This document shows positions 1 to 9,306 of a DNA stretch of 64,000 bases, one piece after another; positions within the stretch are counted from its first letter, which is position 1; the number at the start of each line of letters is the position of its first letter. The DNA lies in the NCBI GenBank assembly GCA_963827685.1, contig CAWHBU010000002.1, positions 448,001 to 512,000 on the forward strand. Direction: 5' to 3'. Both the position numbers and the translations under genes were made by a program. Below the pieces are notes generated by a model. The model saw only the letters and a program-made list of their open reading frames with translations. It was not told the DNA's origin and made no database searches. The DNA is from an uncultured delta proteobacterium (lineage in GTDB: Bacteria; Desulfobacterota; BSN033; UBA1163).

Positions 1-495
1 GTCATCCAATGACAAGTTATTGGGCTGGAGCTTAAGACGACAACACGCTTGAATATAGTTGTTCATTTGCCAACCATAGTATCCAATTGCCAGGTAAACC
101 GATGGGCTAACAGATTTTGGGAAATGGGCTGCGACGAGCGACGCTAGCATTATCTCGCCGAGCTTCCGGCGAAGGGTTAGTTCAAACCGGTTGGTGACGA
201 CGCGAACTATTTGTTGTTCGATGGTGCTCGCTCCCTCGCGACGCCCACTAGTGAAATGTCGGAAGATTGCACGACAAATAGCATAGATGTCAAAACCCGG
301 ATGACATCCATGGCGGTGATCCTCTGCGGAAACGAGTAGACGTTGTGCCACCAGAGGTGGAACCAACTCGGGGTGAGTCCGATGAAAGGCGATTAGCTCA
401 TCAACACGGGAGTGAACGAACACCCACTCACGTTGCAGTAAAACCCTTGCAAAGGTACGGACTATTGCGCCAAGAATCTGTTGAGAGTAAAGCAT
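1..495 (-). CDS. Transglycosylase (GT51)-domain protein, 3' end runs off the window
   Basis: Not in ORF track. Manual translation from ATG at 495: MLYSQQILGA...LLVSAEDHRHGCHPGFDIYAICRA...GASTIEQQIVR...TLRRKLGE, matching GT51 motifs EDxxFxxHxG, GxSTxxQQ and RKxxE. Confidence 0.8.
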   Translation of the reverse strand, partial: MLYSQQILGAIVRTFARVLLQREWVFVHSRVDELIAFHRTHPELVPPLVAQRLLVSAEDHRHGCHPGFDIYAICRAIFRHFTSGRREGASTIEQQIVRVVTNRFELTLRRKLGEIMLASLVAAHFPKSVSPSVYLAIGYYGWQMNNYIQACCRLKLQPNNLSLDD

Positions 496-593
496 ATTTC
501 AATTGTCACTTTGCAGTAGTAATATACATTTTTTTTGAAATCTTTGGAAGTGTGGACTTCAGAAACAAGGAAACAAAAAAAGGCAGAGCTTTT

Positions 594-1034
594 TTACCTG
601 CCCGCTGCGATCCGCTTCAGTGCTGGACTATTGCCGCATTTTCTAACCCCGCAGTCAGTCTCCGCATACGCACACCTGATTGGGTGGCCGAGCATAATGT
701 CAGGTCTTCGGCCATATACGCTTATTGAACTCCTTGGCTCCAGACGTCGCGGCCAGGGACCGCCATCCACCAAGATAGGGTTGATAAAAACTCCACGCTT
801 GTCAGTTCCGCGGTATAGGATCCCGACCTCCCTGATGGTAACGGGGAACGTACTGAGGTTGGTTACGGCGATGTAGAAATTGACGGAGGGATCGGCACCG
901 CCGACAGGGATCGCATGGCCGGGGGCGACCTTCAGCTTGACGCGGGAAGCGTCAATCGCTCGCCACGTGTTGATGACCCCGAGTACTGCACCCACCATGG
1001 CAATCGCAAACGTTATGGCCTCGACCACTGTCAA
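594..1034 (-). CDS. Hypothetical protein with N-terminal membrane anchor
   Basis: 146-aa ORF, hydrophobic N-terminus, AGGAGG RBS upstream. Confidence 0.7.
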   Translation of the reverse strand: MTVVEAITFAIAMVGAVLGVINTWRAIDASRVKLKVAPGHAIPVGGADPSVNFYIAVTNLSTFPVTIREVGILYRGTDKRGVFINPILVDGGPWPRRLEPRSSISVYGRRPDIMLGHPIRCAYAETDCGVRKCGNSPALKRIAAGR

Positions 1035-1051
1035 TGTTGATCCTCCTGTAG

Positions 1052-1109
1052 CTCTAACACAAAAATCAGCCGAGAGTGTAACGAGTCAGCTGGATTGATT
1101 TGATTAAGA
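1052..1109 (-). mobile_element. Integron attC-like recombination site
   Basis: Minus strand: degenerate R'' (CTCTTAATC, overlapping the stop codon), 5 nt, L'' AATCCAGC with an extra base, loop, L' GCTGATT, 5 nt, R' GTTAGAG. Confidence 0.6.
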
Positions 1110-1481
1110 GTCCTCGTTAATTGACTGCGGAAGCACAATAGGAACCTGAAATTTGATCCTGCTCACAACACTGTCTCTGTCCGAGACTCCACCCCCACCG
1201 CCAATTCCAATACCTGCGACTCTGAGAGATAAACCACCCTTTACTTCGGACGTTGAATCGGTAGTTACGGCCACGTCGAAATCCACGAAGTGGACAAGAT
1301 TTCTGCCGACCGTTGCAAAGTACTTGCCCTTAGGTGCCGAGTCTGCTCCGTACATAACAGCCGGATTAATGACATCGGGTTCAGACGATTGTTTTCCGGG
1401 GAGGCGTGTAGCCTTTTGCGCCTTCTTAACCCCGGCAATGATCTGTCGAAGAGACGTGTCTACGAAGTCCTCAAGGGTCAT
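1104..1481 (-). CDS. Trypco2-like small protein
   Basis: MTLEDFVDTSLRQIIAGV...VDFDVAVT...GGLSLRVAGIGIGGGG...SRIKFQVP pattern; AGGAGG RBS. Confidence 0.6.
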   Translation of the reverse strand: MTLEDFVDTSLRQIIAGVKKAQKATRLPGKQSSEPDVINPAVMYGADSAPKGKYFATVGRNLVHFVDFDVAVTTDSTSEVKGGLSLRVAGIGIGGGGGVSDRDSVVSRIKFQVPIVLPQSINEDS

Positions 1482-1535
1482 TTGTGGCCTCCTTTTTCTC
1501 AGAAAGCTCGTAACATTTATTTTTTAGTTGGTTAT

Positions 1536-2054
1536 TTACTGTCTTATCCGAACCAGTATGTTGATTACCCTTCTCTTCCCTTCCTCGATTAGGTCTTGAG
1601 CATCGAACCGAGCTTTCTCTTCTCCTTTCTGCTGTGCCGCTACCAGGATACCATATGGTGAATTGGCAGCCAAGCTATACATAGAGCTGTAGTAGCTCGA
1701 TTGATAGTATCTAAACATCTCAAGAGGATATTGGCATTGTGAAACCGCTGCCTCTGCAATCTCTGTGGCAGATGCCGAAGCCCGGGCGTTTTTTAGGCCA
1801 TAATCACTCATACAATTGAGAAAATCCTCCCTGCATTTAAGTGCTTTATCCCCGGCCTTTTTTGCAAGCTCAAGCGTTTCTCTTCGAGCTTCCATCATTT
1901 TGTCCTGTAACGTTGGTCCGCATCCGGGCAACCAGATTGCGATCAGAACAATAGCAGCCAAGACAAACAGTTTCTGGCGCACTATGTCTTCAACCCCCGT
2001 TATCAAAAATTCTTTTAGATCCATTTCTATCCTTCCACTCGGCATTATACACAA
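1536..2054 (-). CDS. Hypothetical lipoprotein (start uncertain)
   Basis: Hydrophobic stretch ending in the lipobox-like LPGC. Confidence 0.6.
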   Translation of the reverse strand: MCIMPSGRIEMDLKEFLITGVEDIVRQKLFVLAAIVLIAIWLPGCGPTLQDKMMEARRETLELAKKAGDKALKCREDFLNCMSDYGLKNARASASATEIAEAAVSQCQYPLEMFRYYQSSYYSSMYSLAANSPYGILVAAQQKGEEKARFDAQDLIEEGKRRVINILVRIRQ

Positions 2055-2221
2055 ATCTCAACAAGTAAGGAAAGTATTTCTTAATGATTTTCGTTTGAAA
2101 TATTGCATACGAAGGAGGACACCAAAAACAATATTTCAGGAAGAAATACTGACGTTCGCACTTCCTAAGAACCCAACTCTTGAAGGGCTCTCAGCGCTAA
2201 TCTTTCCTGTTTCCTTCCGCC

Positions 2222-2265
2222 TTGCAATTTTCAAGGTTCTTTTTTTTATTTTTTGCAATTTGCAA
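2222..2265. promoter_or_regulatory. Tandem TTGCA-N3-TGCAA palindromes (candidate enhancer/operator)
   Basis: TTGCAATTTTCAA at 2222 and TTGCAATTTGCAA at 2253, 31 bp apart; same motif at 7164. Confidence 0.4.
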
Positions 2266-2398
2266 AACTCATCGTCAAAAAACAGATTCGAATGGCACGA
2301 ATGACACCGAATGAAGCGAATAAGAAACCATCCGTTATCATTCGGGTAAAGCGTTCGGAAAGGTCTCAAATAGATGGAATTTTCTGTGAGAATCATTC

Positions 2399-2414
2399 AG
2401 GCATGGAGTTTGCT
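2399..2414 (+). promoter_or_regulatory. Sigma-54 (-24/-12) promoter candidate
   Basis: AGGCATGGAGTTTGCT fits GG-N10-GC / TGGCACG-N4-TTGCW, upstream of the kinase at 2599. Confidence 0.55.
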
Positions 2415-2430
2415 ATATAGATTAGTGATT

Positions 2431-2566
2431 CAGACAGTAAGACTATAGACCTTAGACATTTGACTGTAGAATGAAACGCAAGGCTGAGGTTGAAAAATTC
2501 TAAATCTGAACCTGAGCCTGCACGAAGTGCTTGTCAGGGGTCTGACGTCTGAAGTCCAGTGTCTGA
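2431..2566. repeat. Degenerate 6-7-mer repeat arrays arranged as an inverted pair
   Basis: cagacag-taagact-atagacc-ttagac on the left and gtctgac-gtctgaa-gtccagt-gtctg on the right. Confidence 0.5.
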
Positions 2567-2598
2567 ATTGCAGATAAAGATTAAAAGGAGGAAGTTGA

Positions 2599-4413
2599 AT
2601 GCTTGGGCTTCGGCAGAAGTTATCTCTTGGGTTCGGTGGTTTGTTGTTAATCATCTTAATTATAGGCATCCAAAGCATCATCCATCTTACCAAATTGGGA
2701 GAATCCATCGATGTCATCCTAAGGGAAAACTACCGGAGTGTCATCGCATGCCAACAAATGAAAGAGGCATTGGAGCGAATGGATAGCGGGATACTTTTTG
2801 AACTTCTCGGATATACCCAGAAAGGGGACGAACTTATCCGCAAGAATGAACTGGTTTTTGAGATGGCACTTCAAGTTGAGTTGAATAACATTACCGTTCC
2901 GGGAGAAGGAGAAAAGGCATCCCATCTCCAGGACCTTTTTGGCAAATACAAAACAGCGCTTAAGAGGATAGAGGATTCGAACGTGGCGATTACTGTCCGG
3001 CGCAATGCCTATTTTACCGATCTTTTCCCGTTATTCCTGCAGATTAAGGACACGGCCGGAGAGGTCCTCCGGATGAATCAACAGAATATGAGTGACGCGA
3101 ATGATCTGGCCCGAAATAGCGCAGCCGCAGCGCGAAGACAGATGTATATTCTTTTGGTTGCCGGTACGATTGTTGCCATCGGTTTTGTTTTCTTTACCGG
3201 CAGGTGGATTCTTCGCCCAATCAATCGCCTTATTCAATCAGCAGATGAGATCAGGCAGGGGAATCTTGATCTTGTCGTGGAGAGAGAATCCCGGGATGAA
3301 GTCGGGCACCTTTCCGAAGCCTTCAATGCAATGGCGGCAAGCCTTCGGGAATTTCGCCGGTCCGATCAGGCCAAGCTGGTTCGGATTCAACGCGCAACCC
3401 AGCAGGCATTCGACAGTCTCCCCGATGCAGTGGCGGTTGTTGACCTTCAAGGGAAAGTGGAAGTGGCAACGAAAGCAGCCGGAAACATTTTTGGGCTAAG
3501 ACCCAACACGCTCATATTTGACTTGCCATTGGGATGGATGGCTGATCTGTACAAGGACGCCCTGAAGGATGGCCGTGCTGTGCAGCAAAAAGTGGTTCAA
3601 CATTTTGTGGGGGGAGAGGAGCGATACTATCGTCCAGAGGCAATCCCAATTTTAGACAACGACAGGCAACTCACAGGGGTAATCCTTGTGCTTCAGGATG
3701 TGACACAACTCCGACAGCAGGAAGAGATAAAGAGGGGAGTCGTCTCAACGGTCTCCCATCAACTGAAGACACCGCTCACCTCCATTCGTATGGCGATCCA
3801 CCTGTTGTTAGAAGAGAAGGTAGGACCCCTTACAGAGAAGCAGGCTGAGCTTCTGGTGGCGGCCAACGAGGACAGTGATCGATTGCATAGCATCCTCAAT
3901 AACCTGCTGGATATCAGCCGAATCGAATCCGGGAGGGCTCAGATTGACTTTCGCGCGGTATCACCTCATTCGATGGTGTCAGAAGTTGTGGAGTCCTTTC
4001 GGAGAGCCGCCCAAGAACAAGGGGTATCTTTAAGCCTTGCTTTCCCGGATGATTTGCCCGAAGTTTGGGCTGACGTAACCCGAATCAACCATGTTTTTGG
4101 CAACCTGCTCTCGAATGCGCTCAAATACACGCCACCTGGAGGCAAGATTACCCTTTCTGCAAAGGCTGATGAAGAGCAGGTCCGGTTCTTCATCTCAGAT
4201 ACCGGTCAAGGTATTCCCGGTAAGTATCTCCCAAGAATTTTTGAGCAATTCTTTCGTGTGCCTGAACAAGGAACAGAGACAGGAGCAGGGCTTGGCCTTG
4301 CCATCGTGAAGGAGATCATTGAGGCTCACGGTGGGGCGATCGGGGTCGAAAGCCACGAAGGGAAGGGGACCACATTCACCTTTACCCTCCTACGCAGAAA
4401 GCCACGGGCTTAA
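2599..4413 (+). CDS. Membrane sensor histidine kinase (2 TM, HAMP, PAS-like, HisKA, HATPase_c)
   Basis: H-box VSHQLKTPL, N-box NLLSNALKY, G1 DTGQGI, G2 GAGLGLAI. Confidence 0.93.
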   Translation: MLGLRQKLSLGFGGLLLIILIIGIQSIIHLTKLGESIDVILRENYRSVIACQQMKEALERMDSGILFELLGYTQKGDELIRKNELVFEMALQVELNNITVPGEGEKASHLQDLFGKYKTALKRIEDSNVAITVRRNAYFTDLFPLFLQIKDTAGEVLRMNQQNMSDANDLARNSAAAARRQMYILLVAGTIVAIGFVFFTGRWILRPINRLIQSADEIRQGNLDLVVERESRDEVGHLSEAFNAMAASLREFRRSDQAKLVRIQRATQQAFDSLPDAVAVVDLQGKVEVATKAAGNIFGLRPNTLIFDLPLGWMADLYKDALKDGRAVQQKVVQHFVGGEERYYRPEAIPILDNDRQLTGVILVLQDVTQLRQQEEIKRGVVSTVSHQLKTPLTSIRMAIHLLLEEKVGPLTEKQAELLVAANEDSDRLHSILNNLLDISRIESGRAQIDFRAVSPHSMVSEVVESFRRAAQEQGVSLSLAFPDDLPEVWADVTRINHVFGNLLSNALKYTPPGGKITLSAKADEEQVRFFISDTGQGIPGKYLPRIFEQFFRVPEQGTETGAGLGLAIVKEIIEAHGGAIGVESHEGKGTTFTFTLLRRKPRA

Positions 4414-4540
4414 GACCGCGGATGAATGCGTGGAGGGTACCCCCTCGAAGCTCCGGAGGAGCGCAGTGGGGTGTGCTTCGGAGGGTTCCGCCATTCGAAG
4501 CATGTGGAGGGGCCATGGGCTTTAGTCCATGGGGCTCCAC
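4399..4540. repeat. REP/IS200-IS605-end-like palindrome cluster overlapping the kinase stop codon
   Basis: AAGCCACGGGCTTAAGACCGCGG and CCATGGGCTTTAGTCCATGG hairpins. Confidence 0.5.
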
Positions 4541-4614
4541 TCTCAGAAGGGCCGACCGAATTTCGAAAGAGGAGGATCATTCATGATGGATTTGCCTAGA
4601 AAACAACTTTCTTA

Positions 4615-4712
4615 AATCCCTCCCAACCTCCCTTTGCCAAAGGGAGGAATATTATCCCCCTTAGTAATCTTTTTCCTGTCAAAGACAGGCAAAAGGGGGG
4701 CGAGGGGGGATT
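4615..4712. repeat. C-rich/G-rich palindromic element
   Basis: AATCCCTCCCAACCTCCCTTTGCCAAAGGGAGG...GGGGGGATT; relatives at 31832, 45846 and 46092. Confidence 0.55.
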
Positions 4713-4737
4713 ACAGATTTGGATCATTGGGTCACCT

Positions 4738-6441
4738 ATGGTTGAAGACAGAGCCAATTCTTTTCTCAGGATGATCCGCCGCAGCCAGCGTGGAAGGTTG
4801 AAGGTTTACCTCGGTTACTGTGCAGGCGTGGGCAAAACTTATCAGATGCTTCAGGAAGGCCATCGAATTAAGGACGAAGGGATAGACGTAGTGATCGGGC
4901 TACTCGAAACGCATGGCCGTGCCGAGATCGCAAAACTTTCAGAGGGAATGGAAGTTATCCCAAGACGCCAGCAGGAGTATCACGGTGTGACTGTGGAAGA
5001 AATGGACATGGATGCAATCTTAGCCCGCAAACCGCAGGTCGCTCTCATCGACGAGCTCGCTCATACGAATGTTCCGGGGAGTCGAAACCCAAAAAGATAC
5101 CAGGACGTCCAGGACATTCTTGCAGCAGGGATACATGTCATCACTACGATGAACGTTCAACATCTGGAGAGCCTTTACAATACAGTCGAAAACGCTGTGG
5201 GGGTGAAGGTGCGCGAGCGTCTACCCGATTCCGTTCTTGCTGAGGCGGACCAGATCGTTGATGTGGACGTGAGCACGGAAGATTTACAGAAACGTCTGAG
5301 AGAAGGCAAAGTCTATCCAAAGGAGCGGATCGAGACGGCTTTAATCAATTTCTTTAAGACCTCGAATCTGGAGAAGCTTCGTGAGCTCACACTTCGTGAG
5401 CTGGCCTCGCAGATTGATTCAAGAAGACGTGAAGCTCCTGAGGAAGAAATTGGTACCACTCCGGACCAGGTGATGGTCTGTCTGAGCTCGCGAGGCCCAA
5501 ACAGTGAGAAACTGCTTCGCTATGCTTCGCGCCTGGCAGGGAGACTTAATCGGAACTGGTATGCTGTTTATGTTCAAACGCCTTCCGAGGAAGCCACTGC
5601 CATCGATGCCAAGACTCAGCGCTTCGTCTCCAATACGTTGACCTTGGCCAAACAATTGGGCGCAATGGTTTTCACTTACAAGGGCGAAGACATTGCAGAC
5701 ACCCTCCTTAGGTTTGCAAAGGAATACCGTGTGGGACATATCGTCATTGGAAGACCGATCCTGAAACCATTCTGGAAGAGGTTTGGAAAGAATAAGAATA
5801 TAGTTAAGAATCTGATCAAAAATGCCAGGGGAATCACCCTCATCGTCCTCGATACGCGGAAAGAGGAACCCCTCGTCACCCGGCCACCTTTGGAGGTTTC
5901 AGAAGAAAGGCCGTCAACTATCGGACCTTCTCAAACTGCGGCTCAACACCCGGATCGGCTGAGGCTGAGTCGGCTCCTTTCCTCCCGACGTATTGTCATC
6001 TGGGATCAGCCTGTCCGAAAAGAAACGGTCCTTCGAACATTGGCGGAGACAATCGGGAAAGATGACGGGATCGAAGATGTTGAGGCATTACTCATGGCCA
6101 TCATGAAAAGGGAGGAACAGGGCTCGACCTTTTTCAACGAAGGGGTGGCTTTCCCGCACGTGCGGTCCGATGGCCTGACCACTTCAGTAGTCAGCATTGG
6201 CCTGACAAAACTGGGTGTCTCCGATGTATCCACGGAAAAACCTATTGAACTTGTCTTTCTGATCCTTTCGCCGGCCCGAACTCCTGACAGTCAAGTTCAA
6301 ATTTTAGGTCTTGCGAGCCGGGCAGCTCAAAACAGGCGTCTTCTCCAGAGTCTTAGGTCCGTCCGGACTTCTCAAGAAGCGATGAAAGCAATCTTCGATT
6401 GGGAGGCGTACGATGAATCCAGCCCTTCGAAATTGTCCTGA
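4738..6441 (+). CDS. kdpD: KdpD N-terminal sensor domain + USP domain + PTS EIIA domain fusion (no TM, no kinase)
   Basis: GYCAGVGKTYQML, IDELAHTN, KRYQDV; USP region VMVCLSS...HIVIGR; C-terminal EIIA motif REEQGSTFFNEGVAFPH. Confidence 0.88.
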   Translation: MVEDRANSFLRMIRRSQRGRLKVYLGYCAGVGKTYQMLQEGHRIKDEGIDVVIGLLETHGRAEIAKLSEGMEVIPRRQQEYHGVTVEEMDMDAILARKPQVALIDELAHTNVPGSRNPKRYQDVQDILAAGIHVITTMNVQHLESLYNTVENAVGVKVRERLPDSVLAEADQIVDVDVSTEDLQKRLREGKVYPKERIETALINFFKTSNLEKLRELTLRELASQIDSRRREAPEEEIGTTPDQVMVCLSSRGPNSEKLLRYASRLAGRLNRNWYAVYVQTPSEEATAIDAKTQRFVSNTLTLAKQLGAMVFTYKGEDIADTLLRFAKEYRVGHIVIGRPILKPFWKRFGKNKNIVKNLIKNARGITLIVLDTRKEEPLVTRPPLEVSEERPSTIGPSQTAAQHPDRLRLSRLLSSRRIVIWDQPVRKETVLRTLAETIGKDDGIEDVEALLMAIMKREEQGSTFFNEGVAFPHVRSDGLTTSVVSIGLTKLGVSDVSTEKPIELVFLILSPARTPDSQVQILGLASRAAQNRRLLQSLRSVRTSQEAMKAIFDWEAYDESSPSKLS

Positions 6442-7159
6442 TGCGCTTAAGCTTAAGAAACCGCTGGCTAGTGCACTGCGTCAAAAGTCCCGTTACTTTA
6501 AATGTCATTCCGGGCTTGACCCGGAATCCAGTATTTTTGGGCTGGATCCCCGCTTTCTCGGGAATGACGACTTCGGAACTAATGTAAAGAAGCGCTGGAC
6601 CCGCTACACCGGCTTTCCGACCCGTGGGCGAGCTGTGGCCCTTCTTACTGCAGCCATAGCTCTAATATTGGCTATGAGCCTTGTATACGGATGTGCCAAA
6701 GAGAGTAAAGACCTTGATAAGCTTGAGGAAGAAAACAGGGTCTTGAAGGAAAAGATAACGTCGCTTGAGAGTCAAATGAAGCCCGGCGTAGCTTCAAAGC
6801 CTGAAATGAAGGAAGAACTTCTTGTCCTGGCGAGGAAGTTGAAGACATCGCCAAATGATTTTGTAGGGCAGCAAATAAAATTGCATTGCAGATTTGGAGG
6901 TTTTGAAAATAAATTCCTGAATGACACGAATGGTCCCAAATTCCTTTCCACCTATTACGTTGGACTCATCGCTCAGAGCGGAAAAGAAATAGATGAACCT
7001 CTGTTTGATCATTTATTCATAAGTAAAAAGGAAGCTAAGGAGCAAGGTACTTATCACTTAAGTGTAAATGATCTCATTACCGTTTATGGAATAGTAAACA
7101 GTGCATACAATAAAGAACCCTGGATTGAGGTATATGTGGTAAAAAGGGGATGGGAATAA
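6413..7159 (+). CDS. Hypothetical lipoprotein (coiled coil + possible OB fold); 5' end carries an inserted element
   Basis: Signal/lipobox AVALLTAAIALILAMSLVYGC; start uncertain. Confidence 0.6.
   Translation: MNPALRNCPDALKLKKPLASALRQKSRYFKCHSGLDPESSIFGLDPRFLGNDDFGTNVKKRWTRYTGFPTRGRAVALLTAAIALILAMSLVYGCAKESKDLDKLEEENRVLKEKITSLESQMKPGVASKPEMKEELLVLARKLKTSPNDFVGQQIKLHCRFGGFENKFLNDTNGPKFLSTYYVGLIAQSGKEIDEPLFDHLFISKKEAKEQGTYHLSVNDLITVYGIVNSAYNKEPWIEVYVVKRGWE
6468..6612. mobile_element. MITE-like element containing a GTCATTCC...GGAATGAC palindrome
   Basis: Ends CTAGTGCA / TACACCGG (imperfect IR); internal ATTCCGGGCTTGACCCGGAAT hairpin. Confidence 0.45.
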
Positions 7160-7240
7160 AATATTGCACCTTGCAATTTTTAATGGATTTTTCTGTTGGT
7201 CCTTGAGAGGTCTTATCAAAGGGTAAGGAGGTATCTTGAA

Positions 7241-7336
7241 ATGAACCTTGGAATCTGGCTACCGGCGATGTTTCTCTTGGGCATTGTAACGATGGGAATA
7301 GTGTACCTGTTCTTGATCGCTTGCGAGAAAATATAA
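7241..7336 (+). CDS. Small hydrophobic kdp-associated peptide (31 aa, KdpZ-like)
   Basis: MNLGIWLPAMFLLGIVTMGIVYLFLIACEKI with AAGGAGGT RBS; below ORF track cutoff. Confidence 0.7.
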   Translation: MNLGIWLPAMFLLGIVTMGIVYLFLIACEKI

Positions 7337-7353
7337 GAGATGAGGTGATACCA

Positions 7354-7437
7354 ATGATGATCTATCTGACAGCAGTTGTAGCAGTCTTCTTGTTCGTTTA
7401 CCTGGTTGTGGCCCTTGTGCGGCCGGAATGGTTCTGA
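7354..7437 (+). CDS. kdpF: K+-transporting ATPase subunit F
   Basis: MMIYLTAVVAVFLFVYLVVALVRPEWF fits YLxxALxxPExF; GAGGTG RBS; directly before kdpA. Confidence 0.9.
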   Translation: MMIYLTAVVAVFLFVYLVVALVRPEWF

Positions 7438-7479
7438 GCAAGGGCAGCGGATACCGAGATACTGAAAGGAGATAAAAGA

Positions 7480-9306
7480 ATGTTTATTCAAACCTGGTTT
7501 CTTCCTTTGTCGCTTCTTGCAGCAGCGACCCTGATCGCGTTTCCTTTAAGTCGCTACATGGCGTGGATCATGGACGGAAAGTACCGGCGTTTGCCGATTC
7601 TGGGTTGGTTCGAAAGACGCTTGAACAGCGGCCCCCAAGACTGGAAGCAGTATACCATCTCGTTGCTCCTTTTCAACACGCTGCTGTTCGTCTACGGCTA
7701 TGTGGTTCTGTCACTCCAGCCGTGGATGCCGCTGAATCCGGATGGTAAGGGGATGGTGTTTCCAACGACCATCTTTCAAGCGGTGACCTCGTTCATGACG
7801 AACACGGACCTCCAGCACTATTCCGGCGAACAGGTTTTGTCAAACTTTAGCCAGATCTTCTTTGGCGTCGCCATGCTATTTATGTCTGCGGGAGTCGGCC
7901 TGAGCGCACTGACTGCGGTCATCCGGCTCTTCCGTAGCGACTCCAAAATTGGTAACTTCTTCGTTGATATGTGGCGCGTGGTGGTTTACATGTTCGTGCC
8001 GATCTGCATTGTCATAAGCCTCATATTTATCTACCAAGGCAGCCCGATGACCTTCAAAAGCTCTCATCAAGTCTCGACCCTCGAACATGGAGCCATGGGA
8101 ACCACGGACAAAGGCGAGGTGAAGCAGCAGACCATTGTGGTAGGGCCGGTGGCGGCCTGGGAATCCATCAAGATGATCGGGACCAATGGGGGCGGGTTCC
8201 ACGGTATGAACGCCGCGCATCCATTTGAGAATCCCACCGGATTGTCGAACTTTCTGAACTGTCTGTCCATGATGATTTTTCCATTCGCTCTGGTGTTGAT
8301 GTACGGCCGGATGCTGGGTCGACTGCGGCATTCGCTCGTTATTTTTTCGGTCATGATGACGTTGATGATCGGCACCATCGTCTGGTCGGTCTACTTTGAC
8401 ACCGTCAAACCGAACCCGGCGTTCGCCAGCCATTCTGCCCGAACGTTCCATATCCCCAGTGCGACAGCACCGGGAGGAAAACGAGAGGTAGCCTTCTCCT
8501 CCGTCCCAAGCTTGCCCGTGGACCAGCACCTGGGCAATCTCGAAGGTAAGGAACTGCGCTTTGGAACTTCGGCTGGGGCTACGTATGCAGCGGTGACGGT
8601 AGACGTGACTTGTGGATCCGTGAACGCGGAGGCCGACAGCCTTAACCCGATTGCCGGCTTGTCGCCCATGATTGGAATGTGGCTGAACTGCATCTACGGC
8701 GGCAAAGGTGTGGGGATGATCAACATGTTGCTCTACTTAATCATCGGGATCTTCGTGGCCGGCATGATGGTGGGCCGGACGCCCGAGTATCTGGGTAAGA
8801 AAATCGGGGGGCGCGAGGTAAAGCTCGCGATCATCGCCCTGCTGGTCCATCCCTTCATGATTCTCTTCCCCACCGGGCTCTTTGCTGCCACGGACTGGGG
8901 ACTCAAAGCTATCAGCAATCCAGGTGCCCATGGTTTTTCACAAATGCTGTACAACTTCTCTTCAGCCTCCGCCAATAATGGATCGGCCTTCGATGGATTG
9001 GCGGTTGCCTACGGTTTGGCAAGCAATCCGAATCCGGCGCCGACCGCCATCCCATGGAATATCGCAGCCGGCCTCGTGATGCTCTTCAGCCGCTATCTGC
9101 CGATTGTGGCGCCGATTGCCATGGCGGCATTTCTCGGAGCGAAGAAATCGAGCCCGTTCGGTTTGGGAACCCTGCGCGATGACACCGTTACCTTTGGCAT
9201 CCTCTTGCTCGGGACGATTCTTATTGTCGGGGCTTTGCTCTTCCTGCCGGTTGCTACGCTGGGGCCACTGGCTGAGCACTTAGGTCCCATCCCTTTCGGA
9301 GGCTAA
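7480..9306 (+). CDS. kdpA: K+-transporting ATPase subunit A
   Basis: Filter motifs TNTDLQ, GTNGGG, TCGS, ANNGS; EGKELRFG; GRTPEYLGKK. Confidence 0.97.
   Translation: MFIQTWFLPLSLLAAATLIAFPLSRYMAWIMDGKYRRLPILGWFERRLNSGPQDWKQYTISLLLFNTLLFVYGYVVLSLQPWMPLNPDGKGMVFPTTIFQAVTSFMTNTDLQHYSGEQVLSNFSQIFFGVAMLFMSAGVGLSALTAVIRLFRSDSKIGNFFVDMWRVVVYMFVPICIVISLIFIYQGSPMTFKSSHQVSTLEHGAMGTTDKGEVKQQTIVVGPVAAWESIKMIGTNGGGFHGMNAAHPFENPTGLSNFLNCLSMMIFPFALVLMYGRMLGRLRHSLVIFSVMMTLMIGTIVWSVYFDTVKPNPAFASHSARTFHIPSATAPGGKREVAFSSVPSLPVDQHLGNLEGKELRFGTSAGATYAAVTVDVTCGSVNAEADSLNPIAGLSPMIGMWLNCIYGGKGVGMINMLLYLIIGIFVAGMMVGRTPEYLGKKIGGREVKLAIIALLVHPFMILFPTGLFAATDWGLKAISNPGAHGFSQMLYNFSSASANNGSAFDGLAVAYGLASNPNPAPTAIPWNIAAGLVMLFSRYLPIVAPIAMAAFLGAKKSSPFGLGTLRDDTVTFGILLLGTILIVGALLFLPVATLGPLAEHLGPIPFGG

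Noticed and set aside
7160-7240. c-di-AMP (ydaO) riboswitch expected before kdp genes
   Set aside because: Leader too short; no GCTGAA/GGGGA/CAGCTAA elements.
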